Assembly: GCA_002633005.1 (NCBI GenBank)
Contig: NMRA01000155.1
Coordinates: 1-64,000, forward strand
DNA: 64,000 bases
Source: Phoronis australis
Taxonomy: Eukaryota; Animalia; Phoronida
Direction of reading: 5' to 3'
Shown: piece after piece, positions 1-13,300 of the stretch
Layout: every line of letters starts with the position of its first letter
Position numbering within the stretch: the stretch's first letter is position 1
Translations under genes and position numbers: made by a program
Notes under the pieces: model-generated
What the model saw: only the letters and a program-made list of their open reading frames with translations
Told to the model about the DNA's origin: nothing
The model's database searches: none

Positions 1-239
1 CTTTCATATAAACGGCATAGACCCTGTGCAATGTAAAAGACGCAATAATTGACGTTTCAACTTCAGACTACTGGGCCCAGTGTAATCAAGAGAAAAGAAA
101 CATTCTTTTACATGCATAGCTCTGTGACCTAACGCCTATGGTGATGACGTGTCAACCATTTCCTGTCATTGTTATTGCACTCATTTCACTTCATGTATGT
201 AACCTGACTCGTATGTCAACACTTGACGTCTGATTGTTT

Positions 240-291
240 GTATCCTGATGATGGCTAAAGAATAACCGAAATGGCGAATTTTCATTTGTAC
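240..291 (+). ncRNA. Degenerate hammerhead-ribozyme-like motif
   Basis: CTGATGA (245-251), then GGCTA-AAGAA-TAACC stem II with one mismatch, then GAAA; stems I and III are imperfect. Confidence 0.3.
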
Positions 292-518
292 GGCGATTGT
301 CCCTTTTTGGGATTTTAATGCCGATAAGGCCCTGCATAACAGTGTCTTGTGTACGAGCACTGGTCCATCAAACCCCTCAGGTCAACTGTAAATGAAGCAT
401 TTACCTTGCAAACCTCTACTGACATGTTGCACATTACAGAAAGTAGCCTACATGTCCTTTTGTGTTTACACCGACTGCAATTCAGTAATGATTAGATGAA
501 GGTGGGGTGAGAATTTAC

Positions 519-1302
519 CTATTGCGTATTGAAAATTCTTTATTCCCGTGGAATGAAACATGCTGTCTCCCGCAATCTCTTCCAAATCAGTGAATCCTGA
601 CCACGTGATGAACAACTCCTTGTTACTGTAAGTAAATCCCTCATTCACTGTGTTCACTTTCACAGTTCCCGGTCTTGGTGCGGTCGTGTCTACAATATAA
701 CCGTTGCTGCACATGCGTAGCTCTGGAAGCCTCTCTTTGGATTTCTCGCGCACGATTTCAGCTTCATCACTATGTACACACGTGAAATACTTTTTCCCGT
801 GCTTCAGACTGAGACCAGTAAAAGTCACGAAGTTGTTGGCGGTGTTGATTGTGTTGCCTATGCATTCTTTCATTCCAAACGCGCAACCAAAAGGCATTTG
901 CATGGTTGCGTTAGTAGCATTAACTGGATGATTCGTTAAATTATAAGACCAGCGAATGTAGTGACGAAGAGCTCCAGGTGTGTCAGTGATGTACCAGTGA
1001 TAAGCTGGATACTGTAACCCTGTTATAGCAGCTGAAACGTTGGTAGTATCTGTGACGTAATCGACGTCAAGGGAGTGCAGAAGACGTACCTTTTCTCCAA
1101 CCTTGTGGCTGTTGATAATTTGTTTTATACCACTGAGGTTGTTGAGGTCGTAAACATAATGACCTTCGTCAATTCCAGTGTCACCAATTTCGAAAGATAG
1201 CCGTGCTGATGAGACGGCAAATTTACCAAGCGGGTTGTACCCCTTCACTGCGAAATAAAGTGGCTTCAAAGGTCTGTGCTTCACATTCATTTGAAATGAC
1301 AC
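519..1302 (-). CDS. Mosaic protein exon 16 (FN3-like repeats)
   Basis: cccacag|GTGTCA acceptor; encodes [11 protein letters not shown]...WSGFTDLEE...[10 protein letters not shown]; G|gtaaat donor. Confidence 0.88.
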
Positions 1303-4300
1303 CTGTGGGTGCAAGGGAAGAATGAAAACATGTACACTAGTTCATCATTACAAGCACCTCGTATGCTATTTAACTTCAAGTACAATGTAAATGACACGAG
1401 ACACCGCACAAGAAACACATTTTACTTTAATGAACGTCAGTAAGAAACAAATAAAATTGTCTACAAACCCGCATTTTAACCTTCTGGTTTGACAGTGAAG
1501 TATTATTCCACGGGGTGATGGATGCCTTTCCGTTAGGTTCCGATGTCAAAGCCCATTTATAGTCGTTAGCCTTGTGCTGGAGTGTTCCTTCTGTTATTGA
1601 AAACGGGTACCATTCAGCTTCAATTGCAAATGTTAAACTCTCACCAACTTTCGTTACAGATTTTACAGCACCAAATATGCTGGTTGGTTCTACGTTTTCG
1701 CTGTATACTAGGACGCCTCTGGATGAAACTGCGGGTAAACAGGTTTCTTGAAAGCACATGGAAACTGTGATGCGATATCTTTTACCATTGTCAAGTCTGA
1801 GATTCCCAAATACGAACTTGTTCAGACGACCAACATTTAAATTAGACGCAGCTGCACCTGCCTCCTTGCAAGACACAGCGTTCGCTTCCAGTCTGCAATC
1901 ATCTTCCACTATGGAGACAGAGTAATGGGTGAACATTGATTCCAGGTCACCGCTGTAGCGCCACCACCCGGATAGATGGAGGCGAGAGCTTTGATATGAA
2001 ATCTCGCTCGAGCATAACGTCAAATTGTTACAACCCGGGCCATCAAAGACCTCCAGTCTAGAACGACGAGCAAACTGTCCGATAATGTTCACACCATCTG
2101 ATGCCGCTATGACTTCGCCTATGGTATTAGTGGCTTTAACAATAAAATATATCATCCTGTCTTCCAGAGAAAGGTTGGTGAAACAGTGCCAGAACGAGGA
2201 GCTGGCAACTTTGAACTGTACGATATCGTCGACAGAAGGCGTAGTTCCCAGGGCAACTTGATATGTAACTATATCTCTATGGTGTTTAAACCCACTCCAT
2301 TTTCCACACACAGTGGAATTGCTTAATTGGAAATCAATGTCAGATCCACTACCATCCTTGGCGTTGTTATCGATGTCATACACAATTCCTGTCGATGGCT
2401 TTGTGGTTGTTGGAAGTCGAAATGTTCGAGATCTTACGATGGTAGACAATCGAGCTGAGTTGAACACCTTGATGGCAAATACATACTCCTTATCAGCCTC
2501 GTTATCGTGGTTAATGAGACTTTGGACAGAGAAGCTTGCTGTGTATTTTCCTGTACGTGACTGAATAGTTTTGAACTTAACAACCTCTTGAATATCGGCT
2601 GCTGTACCTAAAATAAAAACCATTGCGCATCTTTGATTACGCTTTTTGTGTTCAATCTAGATTCGTTCGTGGTAGAACTTTACAATGACACTTAGCTTAC
2701 CTCAAAATCCAAATACTGCCTGATGGTTGGCAAGCAGAATAATTAGTGAGAAACACAGTAACATTATACATAAGTTTTAGGCTACAGAAGTTATAATTCT
2801 TGTCCGATTTTCAAAATTCAAAAACTCAAACACGGTACTTCTTATGAATTATACAAATATTTTACTAAAAACTCTCACAACCAGTCTTTAAAAAAATAAG
2901 ATCGTTTCCTCCAGTCTGCTTATGCATGGTCTAATTATCTAAAATCGGAAATATCAACGGCCAAGGGTAATGCAATTAACTGCAGCAGCGTGGCGTCGTT
3001 AATCGTTGCCACGGCTTCCGAGGTATGCGCCCAAGCTCCGCAGGTGAGGTTGTTAACGTAGGACTCTTTTTATGACTACATGCAAATCAAAAAGATTTGA
3101 GCAAGAAACCTCGGAAAATTGCTTTATAACGAATTATCATGAGCATGCGCTTACCTAACGCCCATTTAAAGTTTGATAATGGACTTTCATCTTCACTGTC
3201 AGTAAAATCAGAGGAAGACCACTTGAGAGTCACATTCTCGGCTCCTATTTCTGAAACCAAGACTGTTGACGTGGATGGGGGTGTCTGGTCTATAACAAAT
3301 GGTCCTATGGCTTTGACTGTTTCCAAGTCAGCTTTATTGATAGCTTTAATCATCACAAAGACGCGTGAAGCTTGACCAAATCCAGTGTGGAGTCTTTTAA
3401 AGTGTGCCTTCATGTTCGTTGACTGGTAACCAACAATGTCTGGTCTTGCTTTGTTGCTGGGGTTTGACGCAAATCCTACTTCATAATCACGTATTTGACT
3501 CTCAGTTTCATTAAACATCCACGAGAGTTCAAGTGAATCTTTGTGGTGATATATGGGAGGCCGATTGTTGGTGAATATACCATGGGGAACTTTATAACTA
3601 AAAAACGCTGGAGGAGTCTTGTCTACAGTGACGCCATCACTGCATGACGGCACTGACGGAGTTATCGCATTGTTGATGGCGATGACACTCACAAAGTAAC
3701 GTGTTAAGTTAGTTGACAGTCGGCCAGTAGTTGTGTCCATCGTCTTTGTTCCGTTAGTGTAAAGTTCATCTGTAGTCCAACAGCGATCAGCAACAGCGTA
3801 CCTGAAGAACAAAAGTAACATCTGCCAGGAAGTGCTTCTGAATTAATAAACTCTTTGCCGTAATTTGTGGCGTCATTGCTGTCAACGAACTTGATTTGAC
3901 GCCCACTTAATTCAAAACATCTCAAAAGCAACACCTGAGGCACTCGCCAGAACACTGAATCTCAAACACTAACGTGTTTAAGGAAGTATGTACGTTGAAG
4001 TTACAGGAATAGCACCATATTTGCATTGCTCACGACAGATTGGTCCAGTGCACATCCGAAAATTACATAGATCTTCAGAAACTATTATTATACTGATTAA
4101 AATTCCAAAAAGTCAATCAATTTGATAGGATTGGTTAATACACGCCAACGCCATTTGTAGCTCTTTATACACTTCTCCTTTGCTGTTACGCCTCAAGTAA
4201 CTTAAAACTACTTGGATTATTTGGAAACACCTCTGTAATATGTAATGATACGAGTCTTGCAGTAAGTCGGCGCCTTCGCCTGCCGAACAATTGATAAACA

Positions 4301-7300
4301 CTCACAAGATACAGCCTTGTCATTCACCGTTGGCAAGGTTAGTGAGGAATGATCGCAGGTACTTTCCTGTATGGCGCGTCCTCTCAATTTGGAGTTAGAG
4401 GTGATGTCTTGGCTGTTGTGGCACAAGGCCACGATTCAAAACAATGCTTATAGTCCTAAATCATCTTTCCTCAAGGGTTTACTTTGGACGTCAACGGTCA
4501 CACGGTTTATAGATTGAACAGAACGCAAGCCAGAAAAATGAAGTCACAAAATGGTTAGTTTAATTACTGGTTCTGTGTTTCCGAAAGGTTACTTTAGCTT
4601 TGAATGCTGACTGTACATTTCATTCCCAATTACGACATAAAAGAAATCACGAAATTATCTGTCTAAAATTTGTCTCAGAGTTTTCTTTGGCATACATGTA
4701 GCATTTGATTATTAACAGAAAATGAAATTAAAAGGTCACCTGACATAGAAATGTAAGTACATCTCATCAAAACAGGATTTTTTTCCGTGGCTCACAAAGA
4801 AACAGCAATTTTCTGACTTGCTGAGCAAACCTTTATGCTAAACATGTTAAATTGAAACGGCGTTTCTTTAATAGGGACCCCACGCTGCTTAAATCAGCCG
4901 TTTTGTGACTTTCTTCTTACGACGAGCAAATCTACGTAAAACCATGTTCTGTAACAGCAAGATAAAGACCTTGGATATATTTCAAACTATCAGGAATCTC
5001 CTACAGAACGTGTAAGTGTCCATGATCGATATTTTCTAGAAATTAATTGGAAAAACAAATTTAACCTGTTGAATCATTTAGTTTGCAAGGTCTCACCTGT
5101 AATAGCGTATTCCACTTTCGTAATCAATAAACCCGCCCCAAGATCCCATTGCGATATGATCGCTTTTGTAGTCGACATCCTTCTGCATTGGACCTCCATC
5201 CCACACAGTGCCATTTGTTGGGGGAGAGTTATCTGCCAGTACTTTTAGCTCAAATTTCTTTACAAGTCTCGCCCCATTCTCCACTTCAATCTGAAAGAAA
5301 TAGTCCCTGTTGTGGAGTCCTATATGGGTGTTTCTGGCGACAAGTAGGTTCAAGTCTAGGCTGTAGGAGGACATCTCACAACGACCAATCTTCGGACAGT
5401 AGCAGGCATCACTTCCAGATGGACATGTTTCCTTATAAACACAGATGGTTCAAAACATTAAAACATGATTACAACGTCGTAAAACAGAATATATATATAT
5501 GCATATCGCAACATACACTAATAACTTTGTATTTGAATTTCCAACAAGGAAAGCCGATCAACTATAATGGAAACTTAAATGTGCTTACATTCAAGCCAAA
5601 ATGTCGAACAGGTACGGCACCTTCCCCGTGCTGTGTGTCCCCGCCAGGTGTCACACCAAGTCTGTAGTACACTCTCCTAACACTACTGTGCTCGTCGCGT
5701 GCTCTGAACACCAGTTTCATTTTGTGCAGTTCGTGTGAATCGTGTACGAATACGCGAATGTGTCCATCTTTAATAAGCCACATATCCCACAATTCCGGTG
5801 GGGAAGAGTCGATGTTCACTACTCGCTGGTCAACAAGCCGGTTTCCCATTATGTCCGTTGCTTGAATCCAGACCTAAATCACCAAGTAAATAGAAATGCA
5901 ATCGATCATTGGTAATACATGCCCTTGTCCTTTCTGTCCAGGGATTACATATAAAGAGCTCTGGGTTGAAAACACACTGCACTTTCTGTTGGACAGATGG
6001 CATGAACTCGCTCATACGCTGTACAATGTTCGATCTTCCAGTGTGCAAGAGAATGCTTTACAAGTGCACACAGGGAGAAATTGTACAGCGAGCATAAGCG
6101 AGTGTAAATCAAGTAGTCCAATAGAAAGTACACACGTGTTTTCAATAAGTTAACGAAGGGCTGCCATCGAACTATACTATAAAAACCTCTGCAGGGGTTT
6201 TGGCAAAGCTTTAGCTTCAGGAGTTTAGAAATCAATAAAGCAGGCAACTGTGAATATAGTGACTGACTGATTAAAGAAGAATGTCACCCAAACAACGCAT
6301 TTTGTATCAATTTAGGTCGAGTAGTTCCACTCGATATCATCAAGTTCAGTTCTTTTACCCAACACCAAACGGCAGACGGAGGTGATAAAATTAACAAATG
6401 ACGCTACGGGTTCTAATACAGTCTGCTCAGCAGTTCACAAGACGCCAACTGGTGTCAGCTTATCGCGTGCATTTATCGTTTCTTACCAATTAATCATCCT
6501 AATTCAAAATAAACCCCCCTACAAATACATAAATTTTGTTCGTACCGTAGCCTACAAAGTTCGGTAGGCCAATTAATTTACAGAAAGCGGCATAGGAAGT
6601 TTGGAGTCTGCTCGGTGATATATTAGACTTATTCCTCCGTGAAATACAGACAAAAAGCACAATTGCGTGTTTTAATTTCAGACTTGCGATTTTTTCAGGT
6701 CTAAACACAAAGCGCTCTGTTATAATCCAGTGGCACAGAACCCGGTCAGGCCCGTCGTGGCCGTACTGGAGACATAACGACCATAAACCTGCCGGACTAG
6801 TCGGCTGCAAAAGTTAGAAACTAAACTTACAGTCACGATCAGAAGAAAACACTAGTGGACCTAAGAAATAAGGTGCTCGTAAATGTTTTGGTGAATTCGC
6901 CACAAAATTGCAAATCTACTTACTCTTCAAAAGCCGCGAAGCCATGTCCCCCTTCTGCAGAACTGTACAGGGAAGTGTTGTACAATAACAATGACTTGAA
7001 TGTTTAGACATATGAATAAAAACTCCTCTAACATCTGACTTTAGGATATAAAATCGAGTTAAAGTTTCACAACAGCTTTCTGTCAGCAGACACTTAATTA
7101 GAATGCGCTTACCCGGCGATCATTTAGTTTTATTGCATCTGAAGCCGGTAACGCCTATGAATTATTCACGGTTGAATTCTCAAAGCATTCGCACTCACGA
7201 ACACTCCTAAGCCATTACAAATTGTATCCACCGAGACAGACTTTGACACTTTGTTTCAGTATAATACAAACACGTGTTAGGGTGAGAATAATCATTATTT

Positions 7301-10300
7301 TTCCGGCCACAGACACGGCCTCATTCTTGGTATTTACGGAATACTTTTCATTCTTTACTCCCGGAAACCAGTTCTAAAGAATTTCAGGTTCTCGTGAAAA
7401 TCGAAAAAATGATATACCCGCTTTCATCCCAGCTCCATGGTTTGCACAAGCGGAAACAATACGCAACATATCATAGCGGCACACCCTCAGGTGAAGAACC
7501 ACTGACGACGCTGCATTCTGTACTCACAATCCCCACTGGCTAACGCGACACCTTTCGGCGAGGTGAGATTGATTGTATGTATTGAGATGGTAAGAAAAAC
7601 TAATTAAATCGGATGGCATTCTCCTTTTATTCACCTTGAACGTGTCTCCATCTGTCAGCGTGATAACGGTGGTATCAAGGATAAGTCTTTCATCCAGCCA
7701 AGTTGAGATGCTACTCCGGATATTGGGTTCCAACGTTGTTGTGTTGCGCGTTCGCAATGGAGACAGATTTTCTATGTCATACCTGAATGAAACTATACCT
7801 GGAAGGTACAAAACAAACAAGTAGTCATTTTTATGACTGAAAAAGGCTCTTGTGCATTGGGAATTATTTTGAACTCCTTCGCGACTTTCAAATATCTTTA
7901 TGAGAAGGCAGATATACATGTCAACCGCTTCAATAGATGCTCCCTATGCGCATCCTTACGAGTAAGTAGTATAAACGTAAATGTAAACATGTTACTACAC
8001 GATCTGTAGAATCAGGAGAGATCACGTCAAGTAGCGTCAATGGATTCCAGCCTTCTCACGGTCACCACAAGGCAGATTTGCCGCCTGTAGTGAAGACGGT
8101 CGACAAGAAAGAAGTTCAACGGACATCTGACGAGCAATCACAAGTACATGTATTTTTTCAGTCCGTGATTCTGCTGTCTAACCTGAGTACATGTGCATGA
8201 ACTGAAGGCTTAAACTCCAAGACCGTGGATGAACTGAGCTTAATCTGGCCCGCTTTTATTCAGGGGCACCAGATATACATGTGCGAAATCGACTCAATTA
8301 TGTTACAGTAAACACTTGAGACATAATGGCATACAAAACAAACCACTGTATGGATTTTCAGGAGGACACCTTTTCAGTGAGGCATTGGACAGATAAGACA
8401 ACAATAAGAAGCAAATTCGTGCCGTTGTATGATCCGAGAACACCCTCATGGAAACAAGTATCTACAATAGAGTGGGTGGGCTTGCTAGTTTTTGGTGACG
8501 GCCCTTTTCACCTCATGTCTTTATGACAGGGTTCCGTCGAAACGGTGCCATTGAGCGATTTTTCGGACATTCGGACAAACGTCATCTGGTCCTATCATTT
8601 CTCTAGTGTATGGTTTAATGCAGTGATTACGTAGTAAGGAAATCGTGCATCGAAAGGGTGCAGCAGTAGACAAACAATGTATCCAGTTCACGTTCAAGGT
8701 AGACTAGCGATATTTAATTTCAAGTATTGAAACAAAATTTTGATTGAACGAGGTTGGACTAGGGAACCAAATATTATTGTTCTTTCGAATAAACACTTGG
8801 CCTTACAGCACCATTTGTTGAAGATATCCCTTAAATCAAAATCGTTGTGACTAACCTCTTAACTTGTTGCAATTATCACATGGAAGTTAATATATAGCTC
8901 AGTAAACCGAATCAGGGTTGTTTTTTAGACTCAAGAATCTTGTTAAGGAAGGTGGTGTCATCAAGTACGCCGCTTGTAATACATGACGATGTCTTGCGCA
9001 TGCTTGCGTTTTCGCGAGGTTCTCGTCTCTACGGAAATCACGCCTGGACTATGGAGCAACACAGAGTTTCTTTCGAAAATTGTGTCAAGTGAAAGTTTCC
9101 GAAAAAAAGTGAAATGATCTGTCCTCACAGTTGAAATATTATATGACTTTGTAAAAAATTCACCCTCAGGTCTATTCACGCCGCCTTCAAGAATATTCGC
9201 AGTCCCAAATGAAAATCCACATACCGTCAACGTTGTCTGTCCCAGCACGTGGCAAAAATCCTGTCACCTGATCGTAAATGTCATCAAAGAGCGTCGGATC
9301 AGCTTCGACTGGTCTCAAGGGGGCGTGCTGTCGATGGTAGTCGTTGTAAAAATAGTTTTTCCATGACAGCTAAAATGTTAAAACAACTATAAAAGCGTCT
9401 TCATGACAACACAGAAATTGCAACATTAAAAGAATTCAATAATTGCACTTCACATTTTAACTAGATTAGTAAACTTGAACCACTCGCGCTTCTAGATGAA
9501 AGTCGTGTGTGATGTTATGAGAACATATCAGGATTGACCAAGACTTACTTCTATGGCTCCCAGGTGTGTCTGCCAACGGTAACCAGAGACTTCAGTGGCT
9601 GATGAAAAATAAAATTTCTTCGTGGTATCAATAAGCAGCTTTGAACTCGCATCGTACAGAACGTAAGATCTGGCCTCTCGTACATTAAGAGCAACGTCCA
9701 CAACTGTCAGAACAATTGCAAAGATTTGAGGCTCACTGGTCAAGTTGAAACGCACAGTCGTATTTGAAGGACCCAAGGTGATGGGTCCAAATCTGACGGG
9801 TGTAAACAGCATGCCGACAGAAGACAATGATCGCTCTGTTATATCATAGACGTTGAGAACAAATTCCTTCAGTCCAGATGGGTTTTTACCGAAATCATTC
9901 CAACCTGAAAAGTCTAAATTGATAGTTCCGGTTTTGCGTATTCTGTCTCCAAACATCATGTACTCGGTAGTAGCATTACACTTGTTCGCGCCACTTTCAC
10001 GTGAGCAGTGAGTGGGCTTAGTGAAATCCATCCGCATACAGACAGTCTTTGCACGTGGAACGTCGGTGTTCTTTTGAGTTTTGTAAAAACTATTGGTATT
10101 TGGGTCGCCATAATGCGTATATCCCCCGGCAACAACTTTGAATTCTGCACATAACCTATAGAAATACAAGAAATGAAGCAAACACTTTAACATCACTTAA
10201 TGTTCATCATGTTCATGTTAATTAAGTAATTTGGTTTTTAAGTAAATTTTGATTGGAGTGTTTGCGCACAGTGAATTTGCAATTAAAGTAAGGGTGAAAA

Positions 10301-13300
10301 TCATTCTCGGTTGCTCGGTTGGCTTAGAGTTACACGAAGCTTCAATTAGGCCATGCTAAAATTACAGTAAACTTCTACAGGCAATTGGAATAATCATTAA
10401 GAATACCTAATGCAAATGCTTATGGACTTCCGCATTATTAATTGGACAAGGCATTGCGACTGATTTCAATAGGCTGGGAATTGAAAAGGTAAAAAAATAT
10501 CTACTCCTAAGTCAACTCTAACTTCACCATCAGCTTAATGTGCATGGATGTCAAATCGCATTTACTTTACCAAAAAAAAAACTTGCAACTTGCTCAGGTT
10601 TTTTCGACCTCCCGGATAGATATGTTGGTTTCTTGGGGATGGTCTATCACGTGGCAATTAAACCTCTCGTTGGCGCAAGCACTTAAGTCCGTTTCATCTA
10701 TGATTTCGAGATCTGCATTTAGGGAGTCGATAACCCGACGTATAAAAAGAAAACGAAATGTTTCATACCGTAACAGGAGTAAAAACAAACGTTTCTAAAG
10801 ATCGCGCTCCTTGTGTTATCATTTTGAAATTCCTCTAGGCCTACACCCTGTAGTTGTCCACGTGTTTCTATGATACTCAATATCACATTACGACTTCTCT
10901 GCATTCAAGTCTCCCGAGTCGTTATTTATACAGTACAACACTAGAAGGGGCAACAATCGTTCCGAAGGTTGACAGCAGTAGATGAAATTTTTTGAACTTC
11001 CAATGATAAGTTACGCAATTCCCTTCTGAAATAACTATAATCAATCATATTCCGCGATGATGTATAATATTTATTTACTCTTTGCATTTTATGATGATAT
11101 TCTGTATTGATCACAACAAATATCAGTTTTTAACTGGTGATGGTATCTCGCTACCATGCCAGTTCCTATTTGATTCTCATAATAAATAAGCTACTAAGTA
11201 TTTATTTTAGTACTCTTTGAATTTTTTCAATGTGTAACTCTACCATTATGTGTGTATTTGGCATGCGTTATCAAATGAATTAAAAAATACCAAAATGAAA
11301 TTTAATTCACAATTATGTAACACACTGCTAAATTTGTCAGATACGAACGGAACAGAATAAAGATTGTTAATACAAGTGTGACAAATGTCGTGTATTTAAT
11401 GATTTGTGCATGTCGGAAAACTTGATCCCGAAGTACAGACAGAAAAGATTCTGTGAATCTTTGATCAAGGAGAGGGAAAGAAGTCCAGTGATAGCAATTC
11501 TAGTTCTACTTGTACCGACACCTGTATGGAAATGGACACTAACGGTACATGTGCGTAGGAATGAGTGAGGTGACAAATTCCCGACAATCGATGGACATTA
11601 AACATCAACCAATAACAACAAATAAGGCGTTAATTTACACCTACGTACATGTACACGTATGTGCAAAGGAAGCATTTTCTACATGTTCTTTCTGGCCGCT
11701 ATTCATTATTCGATACGATTCTGATTTGTATCAAGAAAGCGAACATATACGAAGATTCATTCATGTACGTGTACAGCGGGAAACGACATACTATCCCATG
11801 TTCCAATACCCAAGACCTTATTAAGGCGTGTGCATCTGATAGCTTCAGTCTGGATAAAACATTTCTGTACTTATACGTTATTACTAGGTACACAACAGAG
11901 TGCATAATGGAACTCTTAGTGTGGGAAGGCGCAATCCGGAACATCTCTGGTACATTATTACCGCCACTGTCTTTGGCGGTGAATGCAATCGGTACATGCT
12001 CGGATTTGAATGATGCGCCCACATCTTCCATTTAAAAGTCGCATGTCTTGGTTTCAATATACTAACAAGACAATTGGTGCGTCTATACTTACTGTCCACG
12101 AAAGTGACAAACCAAGATTTCTGTTAATCATGACATCCTAAAAATCTCACTACCTGCACTCATCGGATTGGGAAGTAAGCCACATACGAGGGCTCGTTGG
12201 CGTTTTCGTGCAAATGGGAGAGCATGCACACAATCTAATCGACTTAGATACATAGATGTCTTACTTGTCTCCGTCGCCAAATGGTGTGTAAGAAAAGTCG
12301 TGATCGATGTCGCACTTGATCTGATCTGTGGGTTGTCCAGTTCCGTCCCCGTATGGTCCTTTTGGTTCACATGTCCCGTCACCCGGCATAGTGTATGTGA
12401 TGATGTCTACATCTGCACCTGCAATGCTTTTATCATCTAGCTTTGATTGGTGAAGGTATTACGGATGAGGTTAAAACTGCAGGGCAATACCCTTTAGAGT
12501 AGCTGGAACTTCATATTTCAAGACAAAAAAGACCTCGAACTCTGCTGCAGGTGAATTTTTGGACGGATGTTGAACCAGATGGGTACATGACACTAACATA
12601 ATTATGGGCGTCCCATGTTGATGGTTTTCGCGCCCATCTTCACAGCTTGTTTTTGTAGCCTAGATTTCAATTGATTGGCCAATTTAGCTATCTTCGCTCG
12701 ATTTCTTTCATTGCCATAATGCATAAGAAAACATGATGTGAATTAACAATCATTCCTAAATGATGTTGAAAGTCATATTTGATGGCCTAGATCAGACTCT
12801 TTTTATTTACACAAGACTTCAGACACACCCGACGAAAGACTTCGCTTGTACCACCTCACTTGAGGACACGTAGTTTAATCAGGTCCACGGTACCGTCAAC
12901 CTCGCTGCTTATACCGATTCCCTTGTCTGCCATCCTCTTTGCTCGGGAGAGTTCCATAGACACGAGAACCTCGCCAAAACGCAAAACCTCGAGAGAATTT
13001 GGAAGATATCGACATGCATTACAAGAGAAGCGCGTGATCAGCAGGTTTGCTCCGAAATTCTTGCGTCCACGGAACTCAACTCTATTACTTATGTAAGAGC
13101 CGAGGACAGACAAAACAAATACGACAAGGGTCTATGACTGCCACCGGCGTAAGAGTTTCATGAATGACATTCCTTTTTTCGATCACTCATATCCAACTAA
13201 CTGGCATGAGTCATTATTTTTTTGTAGGTAGACCTTTTCGAAGTTCTCTATCGTTCATTTGATGAAGTTATCGTTGTTCGGAATTTAGTGAGTAATTTTA

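Noticed and set aside
6271-6350. Kolobok-like TTAA-AG termini (also ~8943, ~10283, ~46933)
   Set aside because: I could not find the partner inverted termini by eye, so element boundaries are unsupported.
12856-13113. ORF pair in an intron
   Set aside because: No domain similarity; part of it matches 9005-9040 in inverted orientation, so it is more likely a dispersed repeat fragment.
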